The notes: a model not told the origin generated them from the sequence alone. Shown: positions 28,301 through 35,942, counted from the first letter of the stretch. The stretch is DNA of 64,000 nt from an uncultured Candidatus Saccharibacteria bacterium (GCA_964590315.1 CAZPVS010000003.1:16699-80698); one strand, 5' to 3'. Translations and numbers: made by a program.

Positions 28301-30388
28301 TACAGTGTTTACGCTATAGCTACCGTTGGCTCCTCCATCACTTGTACTAAAGTTAGTCCCATTGAAACTGAGGGTACGCTCAGCACTCAGGCCCGCATCC
28401 AAGGCGAGCGTAAGATACTGCGCACTTGCCGTCGCATTTCCACCCGCCGAACCTGAACAGTTTCCAAGATCCCGTATACAGAACTCCCCTGAACCATCTG
28501 GCAGACTAAAAGTACGAGCTCCTGTTAAGGCCGACGTACTTAATGTTGCGGTATATCCGTTTCCGTATAACGTTAGAGCACCGTCCTGAAGTGCGGTACC
28601 CAGAGTAGCGCTTCCGCCCTGGACTATCAAATCAATCCCTGTAGTAACTGCAGTGCCGTCATCAGTAATCGACGAGTCCGTGAGCGACTGAGAACCGTCG
28701 AACTTGGCGACTTGGTTAGTGGTACCACCTACAGTGGTTACACCACCCCCTGCGCCTGCACAGTTTCCAGTACTGAGACAGATGGTTCCACTTGCATCAG
28801 GTAAGGTGTACGTCCTGTCAGCAGACAAGTCGCCAACATCAAGTGAACCGAAATATATGCCACCACTACTCTCTAGCACTCGCAACTCGCTACTCGCATT
28901 ATTAAGTACGATGTCGAAGGCACCTGTTTGACTCCAGTCAGATGTCAAAGCTGTGAGCGCAATCGTTGGCGTTGAACCCTCTCCTGCTGCGCCAACACTG
29001 ATTCCATTCCCAGCTACGAGGCTTGCAACGTAGTTTCCTGTAGTATCAACGCCCAAAGCCACGCTATTTGGCTGTATGGTGGTCACGCCAGCACTTGTAA
29101 TAGCAATATCTCCGCTCATTGCGACAAAGACGGGTACACCACCCACATTTCCAAGGAGTAGCTGTCCTGCCCCAGGAGCAGCCGTAGCACTTATCGCACC
29201 GCTGCCGCTACCGAGCAATACACCGTTTGTAATAAAGCTGGAAGCGCCGGTACCACCACTGGTTACAGGAAGGTCAGTTGCAAGTGCTAGGCTATTTGCA
29301 CTGATGTCAGCGCTAACAGAGAGAGAACCACTGATTGATACCGTACCAAGCGCCTGAGAAATTAATGAGTTTGCTATGGTTTGTGCTGCTGTAAAAACCG
29401 GTATAAATCCACTAGTGCCCCCCGGTGTGGAGACGCCACCTCCGCCGCCGCCATCGTCGTCACTACAGATAATCTGTCCGGTACCATTCGTCGTCAAACT
29501 GCCACCATTCAGGTTACCACTACAGTTAACGCCGAGTGTGACCGTGCCGTTTACACTAAAATTGCTAGTCAGCAATAGATTGGCAAATGTGGGAGAACTG
29601 CCTGTTGCGATATCCTGCGGCGTGGTTATCGTAATGACACCGTTACCTGTCGTGACAGATATTCTGTTCGCAGCACCCTGTAAGCTCAGGGACCCCGCCT
29701 GACCGTTGAGCCTCGTCGCTTCAGGCACAACCGGTACCACAATCTGCCCGACGAGATTCTCAATCTGTTCAACTTGGGCTAATGATGCGTAACCACAATT
29801 ATTACTGTCAATACACAAGGTGCCACTTACGTCTGGCAAGGTAAACGTTTGATCAGCACTCAGATTCTGAGGTCGAATAACGGCTGCAAAGCCACTATTC
29901 ACTACTTGAAGCTCGCCGCGAGTCACGATATCACCGTTCACTACAAAAGTCTGATTAGCACCCTGTAGTTCTTTAGGCGGAGTATTATCAATTGGTGTTT
30001 CCAGACTGACATCCTGCGTTGACACATCTGCTAAGTTTGAAGAAGGAACGCCCTGGTCGTCATGCCTCAGAATAAAAAGACTCGACGCACCAGTGGCGAG
30101 AACAATAAATCCGGTAATAACCAACGAAACCACGGTGGCTTTTCTTCGCGAAAATGGTACTGACTTGAACAATGACGTATTGGTGGCTGCACTTCCCGAA
30201 GTCTGGCCCTTCTCATGAACTTCCAGCAAGTCAACGGGGTAAATGTCTGAGTTACCTGCATAGCTAGACACAGGTGCATAAGCATCTGGTCTATCAAGAG
30301 CATCAGGTGTAACCCTAGGGTTATCCTGCGCAAATCGGGGAAGTTTGTTGTCTTCCATTTTGATATTTGAATATTTGTTTGGATGCAT
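22364..30388 (-). CDS. Giant membrane-anchored fibre/adhesin (fibre B, 2674 aa) with a parallel beta-helix and mosaic internal repeats
   Basis: Uninterrupted 8.0-kb ORF. An N-tail of about 80 aa is followed by a TM helix (VVSLVITGFIVLATGASSLFIL, about 30065-30142). The body is T/S/G/N/A-rich. It shares with fibre A the beta-helix (partly 100% identical DNA), the LSNLS...LYADTSVLT / FQR..(D/N)...WR module and the C-terminal domain. It shares the GLE.DGNGLSLIDC.SGE.LKYNGS.QWVCA and SDTLTIG..STV.DAALS.NVTKLG modules with fibre C. An alternative start is MEDNK at 30358. Confidence 0.9.
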   Translation of the reverse strand: MHPNKYSNIKMEDNKLPRFAQDNPRVTPDALDRPDAYAPVSSYAGNSDIYPVDLLEVHEKGQTSGSAATNTSLFKSVPFSRRKATVVSLVITGFIVLATGASSLFILRHDDQGVPSSNLADVSTQDVSLETPIDNTPPKELQGANQTFVVNGDIVTRGELQVVNSGFAAVIRPQNLSADQTFTLPDVSGTLCIDSNNCGYASLAQVEQIENLVGQIVVPVVPEATRLNGQAGSLSLQGAANRISVTTGNGVITITTPQDIATGSSPTFANLLLTSNFSVNGTVTLGVNCSGNLNGGSLTTNGTGQIICSDDDGGGGGGVSTPGGTSGFIPVFTAAQTIANSLISQALGTVSISGSLSVSADISANSLALATDLPVTSGGTGASSFITNGVLLGSGSGAISATAAPGAGQLLLGNVGGVPVFVAMSGDIAITSAGVTTIQPNSVALGVDTTGNYVASLVAGNGISVGAAGEGSTPTIALTALTSDWSQTGAFDIVLNNASSELRVLESSGGIYFGSLDVGDLSADRTYTLPDASGTICLSTGNCAGAGGGVTTVGGTTNQVAKFDGSQSLTDSSITDDGTAVTTGIDLIVQGGSATLGTALQDGALTLYGNGYTATLSTSALTGARTFSLPDGSGEFCIRDLGNCSGSAGGNATASAQYLTLALDAGLSAERTLSFNGTNFSTSDGGANGSYSVNTVQNIDTTAAPTFAGLTLTGNLNLNANTLQGTNVVIDFTNFDVASNGNVVAGTYNGQTISSVSSLTGTLSVAGLTTLNGGLAIETGDTITFNGDAFTDLTGNGLQVSTNVLTLMVQSSKGLEVDGNGLSLIDCVSGEILKYNGSNQWVCATDAGSGGLGDDVSVNGTGASGANFVDTTATGTAAAITWGLNNVSDPDQISLTVGTASATEAGIVTTGAQTFAGNKTFTGLITLNGGLTVEAGDTFTFNSDAFTDLSGTGLQVVAGVLETTLGTSVDLTAEVTGTLPDANVSDTLTIGATSTVDDAALSANVTKLGATITKDELTNSGLLGFTWSDSEVANNLTIDWTGLQNYPTGCNAGEAVTAVGDTLTCAVFAAGSGSGNYIQNQNLAQQSSADYWISGTGRADTAVVTPLLQSTGALTLDAGSNILTIDASDTTIRRTASGTFVFDLADAANTTFAIDNSGAGAANLRVSGLSNCDSIDTDASGNLVCGSDAGGAGVGDDVQVNGTNADSANFVNTTASGTTAGVTWNLNTGTAPDQISLTVGTASATEAGIVTTGAQTFAGNKTFTGLITLNGGLTVEAGDTFTFNSDAFTDLSGTGLQVVAGVLETTLGTSVDLAAEVTGTLPDVNVSDTLTIGATSTVDDAALSANVTKLGATITKDELTNSGLLGFTWSDSEVANNLTIDWTGLQNYPTGCNAGEAVTAVGDTLTCAVFATSDTDTTYTAGNDLDLSGTIFSIESQLDFVSTINRTGADLTLQTSTSGDIILSSAGNIRLGGFNCTTFANGGVLTTDASGNITCADDNGAAGGTITGSGTSGALAVFTGANTIGDSWLAQNVSTLEIANTRNLELLGGNLTVDGTGSFTGAISASNFSGSSSGTNTGDVTLAGQNYLSLAGQVITANQINLGTHVTGTLPDVNVSDTLTIGATSTVDDAALSANVTKLGATITKDELTNSGLLGFTWSDSEVANNLTIDWTGLQNYPTGCNAGEAVTAVGDTLTCAVFAAGSGSGNYIQNQNLAQQSSADYWISGTGRADTAVVTPLLDTATATALNIGSSNATQINLNKNTQISGSLTVTDVGNVAFQRNTTNISTTGTLNDLNLGSGVLFRFTGASTQTLTSIANPVDGRLLTLVNAAAQSLIVRNESGGTNVNRIITGTGGDLTVPAGSTIQLLYDSATVRWRVVGSSATTGGAANQSLSNLSSVAINTSLLTGADNTIDLGSAAFSWRSLYADTSVLTPAVDTAAAGTLSLGATTATAITLGKAGITTINAGALTVTQAFTTDSTAQFNGNVILAASQSLTITGGNTASRPGSPTEGMIYFDTTTKSLLTYSNGKWQADRTTATKTVAPSNASQAIKDSADYVADGTSDQTEINSALTAAAGGKVYLFEGTFTTDDVISIPNNTTLSGAGRGTLIQFANIAGQTKNMITNTDTTTGTGVVIRDVRLDGDKATNTTGTMYGIYLEGMGSQSGSRQGGIVTNTWISNFISDGIRLNTSSYNNITNNTLQANTGNGIYIGNGRSNVVTNNILFGMTGHGIWLSASFFTMVANNNVVSSGSSGIRITSGTDNTITSNNLKDNTASTAHSSIYVNDSDRTHITSNTITDTAGTGYAIEVNDAASDNTYLSDNIYSGTGASSISDAGTNTIYAGQSNGSSYLLTPQDDFAITGNAASTVSTTAGDLTIQAGSGTVSLGSSTNLVSSGALSIRSGGANTLTVDTGGAATLNLGTTNANAVSISRTGITTTVNGALTVTQGLTANSTASLNGNTSVTTTSASAFLVQTAGNVALLTANTSGMQVVVGNSGNTITLSGSGIVLAGTARNAETIRYAAEYQGSVLDAGTMSNNTGTMTSGYDITNRMNYYKWTTTQATNQSYDIVVQVPIPKDFDTWASNPLSITGYTSNTTNGTITLEARDSTDSVICNFVSVTPGSTSTWTANNTACTLSSGTYTAGDYMTLRIRVQSPQNGDVRVGNLTLNYLGKY
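23047..23998. repeat. 952-bp tract 100% identical to 9807-10758 (copy in fibre B)
   Basis: See 9807-10758. The offset is 13,240 bp and the orientation is the same. Confidence 0.95.
23360..24165 (-). other. Right-handed parallel beta-helix of fibre B
   Basis: The protein sequence matches the fibre A beta-helix: identical through the conversion tract and nearly identical beyond it. Confidence 0.7.
25290..25573. repeat. Copy 3 of a 284-bp near-identical coding module in fibre B
   Basis: Encodes (V)TGTLPDVNVSDTLTIGATSTVDDAALSANVTKLGATITKDELTNSGLLGFTWSDSEVANNLTIDWTGLQNYPTGCNAGEAVTAVGDTLTCAVFA. The same DNA recurs at 26157-26440 and 27183-27466 with only a few substitutions. Confidence 0.9.
26157..26440. 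repeat. Copy 2 of the 284-bp module; part of a unit with 1026-bp periodicity
   Basis: It is offset exactly 1026 bp from the copy at 27183. High identity continues to about 26700 versus 27726. Confidence 0.9.
27183..27466. repeat. Copy 1 of the 284-bp module
   Basis: See above. The adjacent roughly 120 bp (27063-27182, AGSGSGNYIQNQNLAQQSSADYWISGTGRADTAVVTPLL) is duplicated next to copy 3 at about 25170-25289. Confidence 0.9.
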
Positions 30389-30503
30389 TTGATACGCAAA
30401 TGCCTGTCAGCCTCACGAGGCAGACTATCCCACTACTACTGTAGTCGTATCTATAGGAATAAACAATACTTATCCACAGGTATTGAATAAATTATGAGTT
30501 CGT

Positions 30504-31331
30504 TTAGATCCATAAAATACCGTAAATTGCAGCAAGACCAATAGCCAGCACCAGCAATGCAATAGCCACTACACGTACTAACTCTTGTACGATTATCCTG
30601 CGAGCAAGCGGATTTCTTCCGAGAGAAGTTATCGCGCTGGATACTGCGCCATATATGATACCGCCTTCCGCAACAAGCACAATGAAGAAAATTATCAGTG
30701 CAATAATGACTCGAATCTCACCGACATCTCTTCCTACTATGGACCTTCCTAATCGCTCTAAAGAAGAGTCTGCGTCAGTGGAGCCTACAAGTGAACTCTT
30801 GTGATCAAGGTTAACACGAATTTTATCTATACGGACATTCACGCTAGTGCCCGACTTATCAATTGACTGGTTTGATGTAATATTATCATCAAAATCTTCC
30901 AGAGCACTGCCGATCACTGCGCCCATTGTACCGTCTGCGACAACCAACACTCCCTTGAGGGGTGAGACCGCAAGAAGATCCCCTCTCCTTGGTATTCCAT
31001 TTATATCGCTCACATACGCGTCTACTTCCCCGTCAGACTGCACATATACTTGGGCCGCCCCAGAACCTGTTGTAACAAAGTTTTCTGAAGGATTAACCGC
31101 AACCCCAATTACGCGACTTTCGCTATCAGCTGTTGCTCTCTCGACTTTTGGATTGTCAGCCTGCCCGTCACTACTTAACGCAACTGCCATACCAGGTTGT
31201 AAGTCTTGGTCATCAGAGGCATAGCCACGCGCCATCGCCCATACCGTACCGGCCTGAAAGATCAGTAGAGTTGCTATGGTGATTGCGCCTACTGCTGCCT
31301 TACCGATGTTGACGTGTAGAATATTTATCAT
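30504..31331 (-). CDS. Secreted/membrane protein of unknown function, directly upstream of fibre B
   Basis: The ORF is open to 31382, but MINILHVNIGKAAVGAITIATLLIFQAGTVWA (start 31331) gives a normal-length signal peptide. The C-terminal part has two hydrophobic helices (IRVIIALIIFFIVLVAEGGIIYGAV, VVAIALLVLAIGLAAIYGILWI). No recognisable catalytic motif was found. Confidence 0.55.
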   Translation of the reverse strand: MINILHVNIGKAAVGAITIATLLIFQAGTVWAMARGYASDDQDLQPGMAVALSSDGQADNPKVERATADSESRVIGVAVNPSENFVTTGSGAAQVYVQSDGEVDAYVSDINGIPRRGDLLAVSPLKGVLVVADGTMGAVIGSALEDFDDNITSNQSIDKSGTSVNVRIDKIRVNLDHKSSLVGSTDADSSLERLGRSIVGRDVGEIRVIIALIIFFIVLVAEGGIIYGAVSSAITSLGRNPLARRIIVQELVRVVAIALLVLAIGLAAIYGILWI

Positions 31332-31384
31332 CTTCAATTCTATTAATTTACCATAAGTATGATGGCCTTTGAGGAACAACACAA

Positions 31385-31418
31385 GAGCAACAAAATAGCC
31401 CCGACTATACGGGGCTAT
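31385..31418 (-). terminator. Rho-independent terminator after rplU
   Basis: Minus strand reads ATAGCCCCG-tatagt-CGGGGCTAT followed by TTTGTTGCTCTT. Confidence 0.6.
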
Positions 31419-31446
31419 TTAAGTATCTGCGATTACTATAGTTATA

Positions 31447-31755
31447 CTATGCGATCTTTGTCACTTTTACACGGGTTTGTCGCTGGCGATGCCCCTTCAC
31501 GGTGTGCACACGCTTCTTGGCCTTATAGCGGATAGATGTCACTTTGTCGGCTTTTAATTCAGCGTCAACAATCTCCACTGTAACCTTCACTCCACTTACT
31601 TCTGGGGTGCCGACAGTCGCTTTTTGACCATCAATAACAAGAAGGGCGGCAAATTCAGCAGTTTTGCCTTCCTGTTTTAAGAGTTCGATATCGAGGATTT
31701 CATCCTCTGCGACGAGGTACTGCTTGCCACCGGTCGCAATTACTGCTTTTTTCAT
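31447..31755 (-). CDS. rplU: 50S ribosomal protein L21
   Basis: MKKAVIATGGKQYLVAEDEILDIELL...VTSIRYKAKKRVHTVKGHRQRQTRVKVTKI is the typical L21 sequence and length (102 aa). Confidence 0.92.
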   Translation of the reverse strand: MKKAVIATGGKQYLVAEDEILDIELLKQEGKTAEFAALLVIDGQKATVGTPEVSGVKVTVEIVDAELKADKVTSIRYKAKKRVHTVKGHRQRQTRVKVTKIA

Positions 31756-31822
31756 GAACTTCTCTTTAATTAAAATTTGATACCAAGAAAGTTTAACAGA
31801 TTAGCGATCTTCTGTAAAGAGG

Positions 31823-34681
31823 CTAAACCCTGTTGAGGCTTATGCTCAGTTGCATGTCTTCGATTTTTACGTCTGTCGAATAATCAAATACTCCCCTAAT
31901 GACTATCTCTTTAGCGAGCGTCTCGTCAGCAATGACCGCTTTGTGTTCTTTGATGGTCAGTTGAATCTCCTCGTCTTCACTACGAAGGACTAGATTAATC
32001 CGGTCGTCGACTTTAAGCCCTGCTGCCTTACGAGCACTCTGCACGTTACGAATAATCTCGCGCATAAGACCTTCTCGTTTTAAGTCTGCGGTGATTTCGG
32101 TATCAAGAGATACCTCGGCACCCAGCTTAACTGTTTTGACATTTAATTCATCTTTGAGTATTTCTTCGAAGTCTACAAATTCCCCGAGGCTGGGGACAGT
32201 TACGCTTGCAAGTGGCTGCCTCACCTTCAAACGGCTTGCAGCACGTAAGCTCAGTCCTTGTGTGACATAATCACGAACTGTCTCCATATCCTTCACAACA
32301 AGCTCATTGACATGTCCAGCGGACAGCCAATCTTCCAGATGCACGCTTTGACCGTTGGTCAACTTCTGGAATAGCTCCTCCGCCAAGAATGGCGTGAATG
32401 GCGCCAAAACGTAACTCAAGCGCACCAGCACATAATGGAGGGTCTTGTAGGCCATCGCTTTATCGATATCGTCCCCGCTCTTCCAGAAACGACGCCTGGA
32501 ACGACGAACGTACCAGTTAGAGGCGTCCTCTAGGAAGGGCAAGATAGGTTTCACGGCATTCGGAATGTCATATTGCTCCATCCGTTTTTCAACCTCCCCC
32601 ACCAACTGATGCAATCGACTGATAATCCACTGGTCGAGAGGGTTCGTACAGTCAGCAGAGGGGTCTTCAAGCTTGCCGTTCCACTCCCAGTTGTCTACCT
32701 CCGCGTACATCGTGAAGAAGTCGTACATATTCCAGACCATGGTTAGTTTACGTGCGACGTCGGCCACGTCCTTATCCTGTAAGGAGAAGTCTTCCCCGTT
32801 CAAAACAGGGCTGGACAACAGTAAGAAACGAAGTGAATCTGCACTATAAGTATCCATTACCTCATTTGGATCGGTGTAGTTTCCGTAACTCTTACTCATC
32901 TTACGGCCATCATTACCAGCAACAGTACCGGTTACGATGACGTTTTTGAATGCATTTCTTCCGAACAACCCAACGCTGACTGCATGCACATAGTAAAACC
33001 ATGCCCGAACCTGACTAATGTATTCAACGATAAAGTCGCCCGGGAAGTTCGCTTCAAATTTTTCGATATTTTCAAATGGATAATGGAATTGTGCAAAAGG
33101 CATACTACCCGCCTCAAACCAGCTGTCCATTACCTTATCAATCCTCTTATAGTTGACTCCATCTATTGTAAATGTGACATCGTCAATCCATGGCCGATGA
33201 TAGTCATCGAGTCGCTTGCCAGAAAGCTGTTCCAGCTCATCAAATGATCCAATCACTTTTCTTACAACGTTTCCATCTGCATCTGTTCCTTCCCAAATGG
33301 GAATTGGTGCCGCCCAAAAACGGTCACGAGATAAGTTCCAGTCAGGTGCCGATTGAACAGTTTTTTCAAATCGACCATGTTTAATATGTTCTGGAAACCA
33401 GTTTATATGCTCAGTATTCTCCTCGAGCATTAATTGTTTTTGGCCCTGAATATCCATAAACCAACTAGGGTGTGCACGATACATTAATTTGGTACCGCAG
33501 CGATGACAATGCGGATAACTGTGACGGATGTAGTCAATCTTCCACACAATTCCCCGTTCATGGAGTTGTTTGGCGATTTGCTTATTGATTTCCCACACAT
33601 ATGCGCCCTGCCAATCAAGCTCAATAAAGTGTCCTGTTTCATCAATACTATGCACCACCGGAATGTTGTGCTGCTGGGCTAGCATAAAGTCTTCTTCACC
33701 GTAGGCTGGCGCAAGATGAACGATGCCAGTACCGTCTTCGTCGCTTACATAATCTGCGGCCCAGATACGGTGCGCATTCTTGCCCCTATCGATAAACAAC
33801 GGTTCGTAACTCTTGCCGACGAGGTCTTTACCTTTTAGTTCGCGAACGATAGTGTAGCTTAACGGCTTGTGCTTGTCATCTTGGAGGACTTTACTCAGCA
33901 ATTCTTTGGCGAGTACAAATTGCTCACCCTCTACGCGTACCTCAACATAGTGCAGTTGTTCATTGACTGCTAGAGCCGTGTTTGCTGGAAGTGTCCAGGG
34001 AGTTGTCGTCCATGCCAAAAGAGTAGTACCATCAGTAAGTTTGAATTTAACGTACACTGAGGGATCTGTGACATCTTGGTAGGCCCCTGCATCCATTGTC
34101 ACCTCTGCCTTTGAGAGGGGCGTCGCATCCTGGGTGCAGTACATCAAAACCTTTTCGCCCTCGTATATTTTCCCTGCCTCATATAATTTCTTGAAAGCCC
34201 ACCAAACGCTCTCCATATACTCATTATCCATGGTCTTATAAGCACCCTTGAAATCTACCCACCGTCCGATACGATCGATAGTATCCTCCCATAAAGAGCT
34301 GGTCTGGACCATGTTCTCCCGAGCGGCAATAATGTACTTCTCAAGTCCGTACGCAAGCACCTCGTCCTTACCCTTTATACCAAGCTTTTTTTCAGTATAT
34401 GTTTCAGCGGGCAGACCATGACAGTCCCACCCCCATACACGCTCTACACGCTTGCCTTTCATCGTCCAAAAACGAGGTACCGCATCTTTAACAATAGAGC
34501 TCAGTAAGGTTCCGTGGTGTGGCACACCGGTAATAAAAGGAGGGCCATCATAAAACACATAGCTGTTGGCAGCGGATCGTTGCTCTACTGACTTCTCGAA
34601 TGTCTTGTTCTTCTTCCATTGCTGCACCAAATCTTTTTCATATTCTATGGCACGTCGGCGTGTTCCTGACCTGAACTTCAT
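31823..34681 (-). CDS. ileS: Isoleucyl-tRNA synthetase (type 2)
   Basis: FYDGPPFITGVPHHGTLL (HIGH region), GWDCHGLPAE and GRKMSKSYGNY (KMSKS). Length 952 aa. An AGGAG Shine-Dalgarno lies 6 nt upstream. The upstream T-box leader carries a candidate AUC specifier. Confidence 0.93.
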   Translation of the reverse strand: MKFRSGTRRRAIEYEKDLVQQWKKNKTFEKSVEQRSAANSYVFYDGPPFITGVPHHGTLLSSIVKDAVPRFWTMKGKRVERVWGWDCHGLPAETYTEKKLGIKGKDEVLAYGLEKYIIAARENMVQTSSLWEDTIDRIGRWVDFKGAYKTMDNEYMESVWWAFKKLYEAGKIYEGEKVLMYCTQDATPLSKAEVTMDAGAYQDVTDPSVYVKFKLTDGTTLLAWTTTPWTLPANTALAVNEQLHYVEVRVEGEQFVLAKELLSKVLQDDKHKPLSYTIVRELKGKDLVGKSYEPLFIDRGKNAHRIWAADYVSDEDGTGIVHLAPAYGEEDFMLAQQHNIPVVHSIDETGHFIELDWQGAYVWEINKQIAKQLHERGIVWKIDYIRHSYPHCHRCGTKLMYRAHPSWFMDIQGQKQLMLEENTEHINWFPEHIKHGRFEKTVQSAPDWNLSRDRFWAAPIPIWEGTDADGNVVRKVIGSFDELEQLSGKRLDDYHRPWIDDVTFTIDGVNYKRIDKVMDSWFEAGSMPFAQFHYPFENIEKFEANFPGDFIVEYISQVRAWFYYVHAVSVGLFGRNAFKNVIVTGTVAGNDGRKMSKSYGNYTDPNEVMDTYSADSLRFLLLSSPVLNGEDFSLQDKDVADVARKLTMVWNMYDFFTMYAEVDNWEWNGKLEDPSADCTNPLDQWIISRLHQLVGEVEKRMEQYDIPNAVKPILPFLEDASNWYVRRSRRRFWKSGDDIDKAMAYKTLHYVLVRLSYVLAPFTPFLAEELFQKLTNGQSVHLEDWLSAGHVNELVVKDMETVRDYVTQGLSLRAASRLKVRQPLASVTVPSLGEFVDFEEILKDELNVKTVKLGAEVSLDTEITADLKREGLMREIIRNVQSARKAAGLKVDDRINLVLRSEDEEIQLTIKEHKAVIADETLAKEIVIRGVFDYSTDVKIEDMQLSISLNRV

Positions 34682-34700
34682 CGTGTTCTCCTTTTTACAT

Positions 34701-34879
34701 ATAAAAAAGCCCCTAATCGCGCAGGAGCTCCGGCATTACCAGTCGGGGCGGTACCATCCTGCTTGGGACTTACTTGCTGCTATAACGGGCGTACCCGTCG
34801 GGTTCTACTAGGCCGCAGTGGCTGTTCTTCCCGCTCCTCATGGTTGATAGCCATTCAAACGGATTTCCAGATTGTTGTG
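34701..34879 (-). promoter_or_regulatory. T-box leader (tRNA-Ile-responsive riboswitch) of ileS
   Basis: All elements are read on the minus strand. The T-box sequence is CAGGAUGGUACCGCC (plus-strand 34745-34761), compare the consensus AGGGUGGUACCGCG. The F-box is CCGUUA (34783-34788). A small hairpin AUGG-CUAUCAA-CCAU has AUC followed by A in its loop (AUC = 34846-34848). A GC-clamped hairpin GCCCC...GGGGC is followed by UUUUUUAU (34703-34749), immediately 5' of the Shine-Dalgarno and ATG. Confidence 0.65.
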
Positions 34880-34885
34880 TCCTAC

Positions 34886-34914
34886 ATTGTAGATCAATTT
34901 GCAACAGGCTGCAA
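34886..34914 (-). promoter_or_regulatory. Sigma70-like promoter candidate for the ileS leader
   Basis: On the minus strand: TTGCAG (34914-34909), a 17-nt spacer, then TACAAT (34891-34886). Confidence 0.4.
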
Positions 34915-35184
34915 CTAACCACGAGCAAATGCAGCTACTTCGTTCATCAGGGGCAGTTGGGAGCCTGACCAAAATTGTACGAGTTGGCCGTCCTCACGAA
35001 TAACCATAATAGTAGGGTACTGTGTTATATCGTATACGCGTGCAAGCCCATCTCCTTCGCGGGTCTCTACACTTATAAGCTCCGGGTGTACATTCTGTTG
35101 TTGCTGTATATCGTGCGCAAACTCTTCTACGGAGCGAGCAAATTCAGACTGAGGATGATACAAAATGACGACTCTCATATACAT
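34915..35184 (-). CDS. Small thioredoxin-fold-like protein without a CxxC motif (hypothetical)
   Basis: 89-aa ORF. VVILYHP....VYDITQYPTIMVIREDGQLV resembles the beta-alpha-beta/cis-Pro region of thioredoxin-like proteins, but no redox cysteines are present. Confidence 0.4.
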   Translation of the reverse strand: MYMRVVILYHPQSEFARSVEEFAHDIQQQQNVHPELISVETREGDGLARVYDITQYPTIMVIREDGQLVQFWSGSQLPLMNEVAAFARG

Positions 35185-35212
35185 GAGTCTACCATAACCG
35201 CTTTAAGAGAGG

Positions 35213-35755
35213 CTAGTTTTGGCGGATCATTGTGTAGGCAGAGGTCAGCCTGCGATGTGCAAGCTGTGCATAGAGTCGAGGACTAAATGAGCCCCACTCA
35301 CCTAATTGCTTGCGTTGGCGGAGGCTTAAGAAAGGCTTCAGTGTGTCAATAACATCCTGGTCTATCTTTCGTCCCACTCGTACGGCTTCATCGACGAGTA
35401 GGCGCGTCAGGCGCGTCAGAGCATACATCGTATCTGCTTCTGTATACGTACGAGGTAATTGTTCGCCTTTTATCATACGTGCTACGAGTCCAACACTGTG
35501 GACTAAAATAGCGCGCTGTTCCCGCAAGAGGTGACGGCGCATATGCGGATATTCTTGTAGCGTGTCCTGCGCGACCCTGGCAGTGGCCAAAGTTTCGTCC
35601 AGGTTAATAAGCTCTTCTTCTATATGAATTTCTTCATTCCACAGCGGATGATTTCTTGTGGTGCGTACTGCACGCTGCAAATCGACAGCTGACAACTCTG
35701 CCAGCTTCTTCAGTGCGTTCTTCAAGGTAAATACCCTCCCTTCATGCACAAGCAA
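35213..35755 (-). CDS. Hypothetical helical protein (180 aa)
   Basis: Clean ORF in the same orientation as its neighbours. No motif was recognised. Confidence 0.5.
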   Translation of the reverse strand: MLVHEGRVFTLKNALKKLAELSAVDLQRAVRTTRNHPLWNEEIHIEEELINLDETLATARVAQDTLQEYPHMRRHLLREQRAILVHSVGLVARMIKGEQLPRTYTEADTMYALTRLTRLLVDEAVRVGRKIDQDVIDTLKPFLSLRQRKQLGEWGSFSPRLYAQLAHRRLTSAYTMIRQN

Positions 35756-35879
35756 TAATCATACCGGATGAGGCATATATTGTCAATATAAGGGCGCTCC
35801 ATAATCAGCATAACCACAATTAAGATATCATTAAAGATATTACCCTTGTTGGTGTATTTACAATCAAAACTAGCCACGC

Positions 35880-35908
35880 AAGAAAAATAACGGGGATTTC
35901 TCCCCGCT
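35880..35908 (-). terminator. Rho-independent terminator after nrdJ
   Basis: Minus strand reads AGCGGGGA-gaaa-TCCCCGTT followed by ATTTTTCTT. Confidence 0.6.
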
Positions 35909-35942
35909 ATTTCACTATCTGCCGTGTAATGGGCTACTTACT

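Noticed and set aside
30470-30478. A second perfect DnaA box (TTATCCACA) upstream of fibre B, and TTTTCCACA at 17943-17951.
   Set aside because: These are isolated single 9-mers. About one chance occurrence is expected in 64 kb on both strands. No cluster is present, so they are not evidence of an origin.
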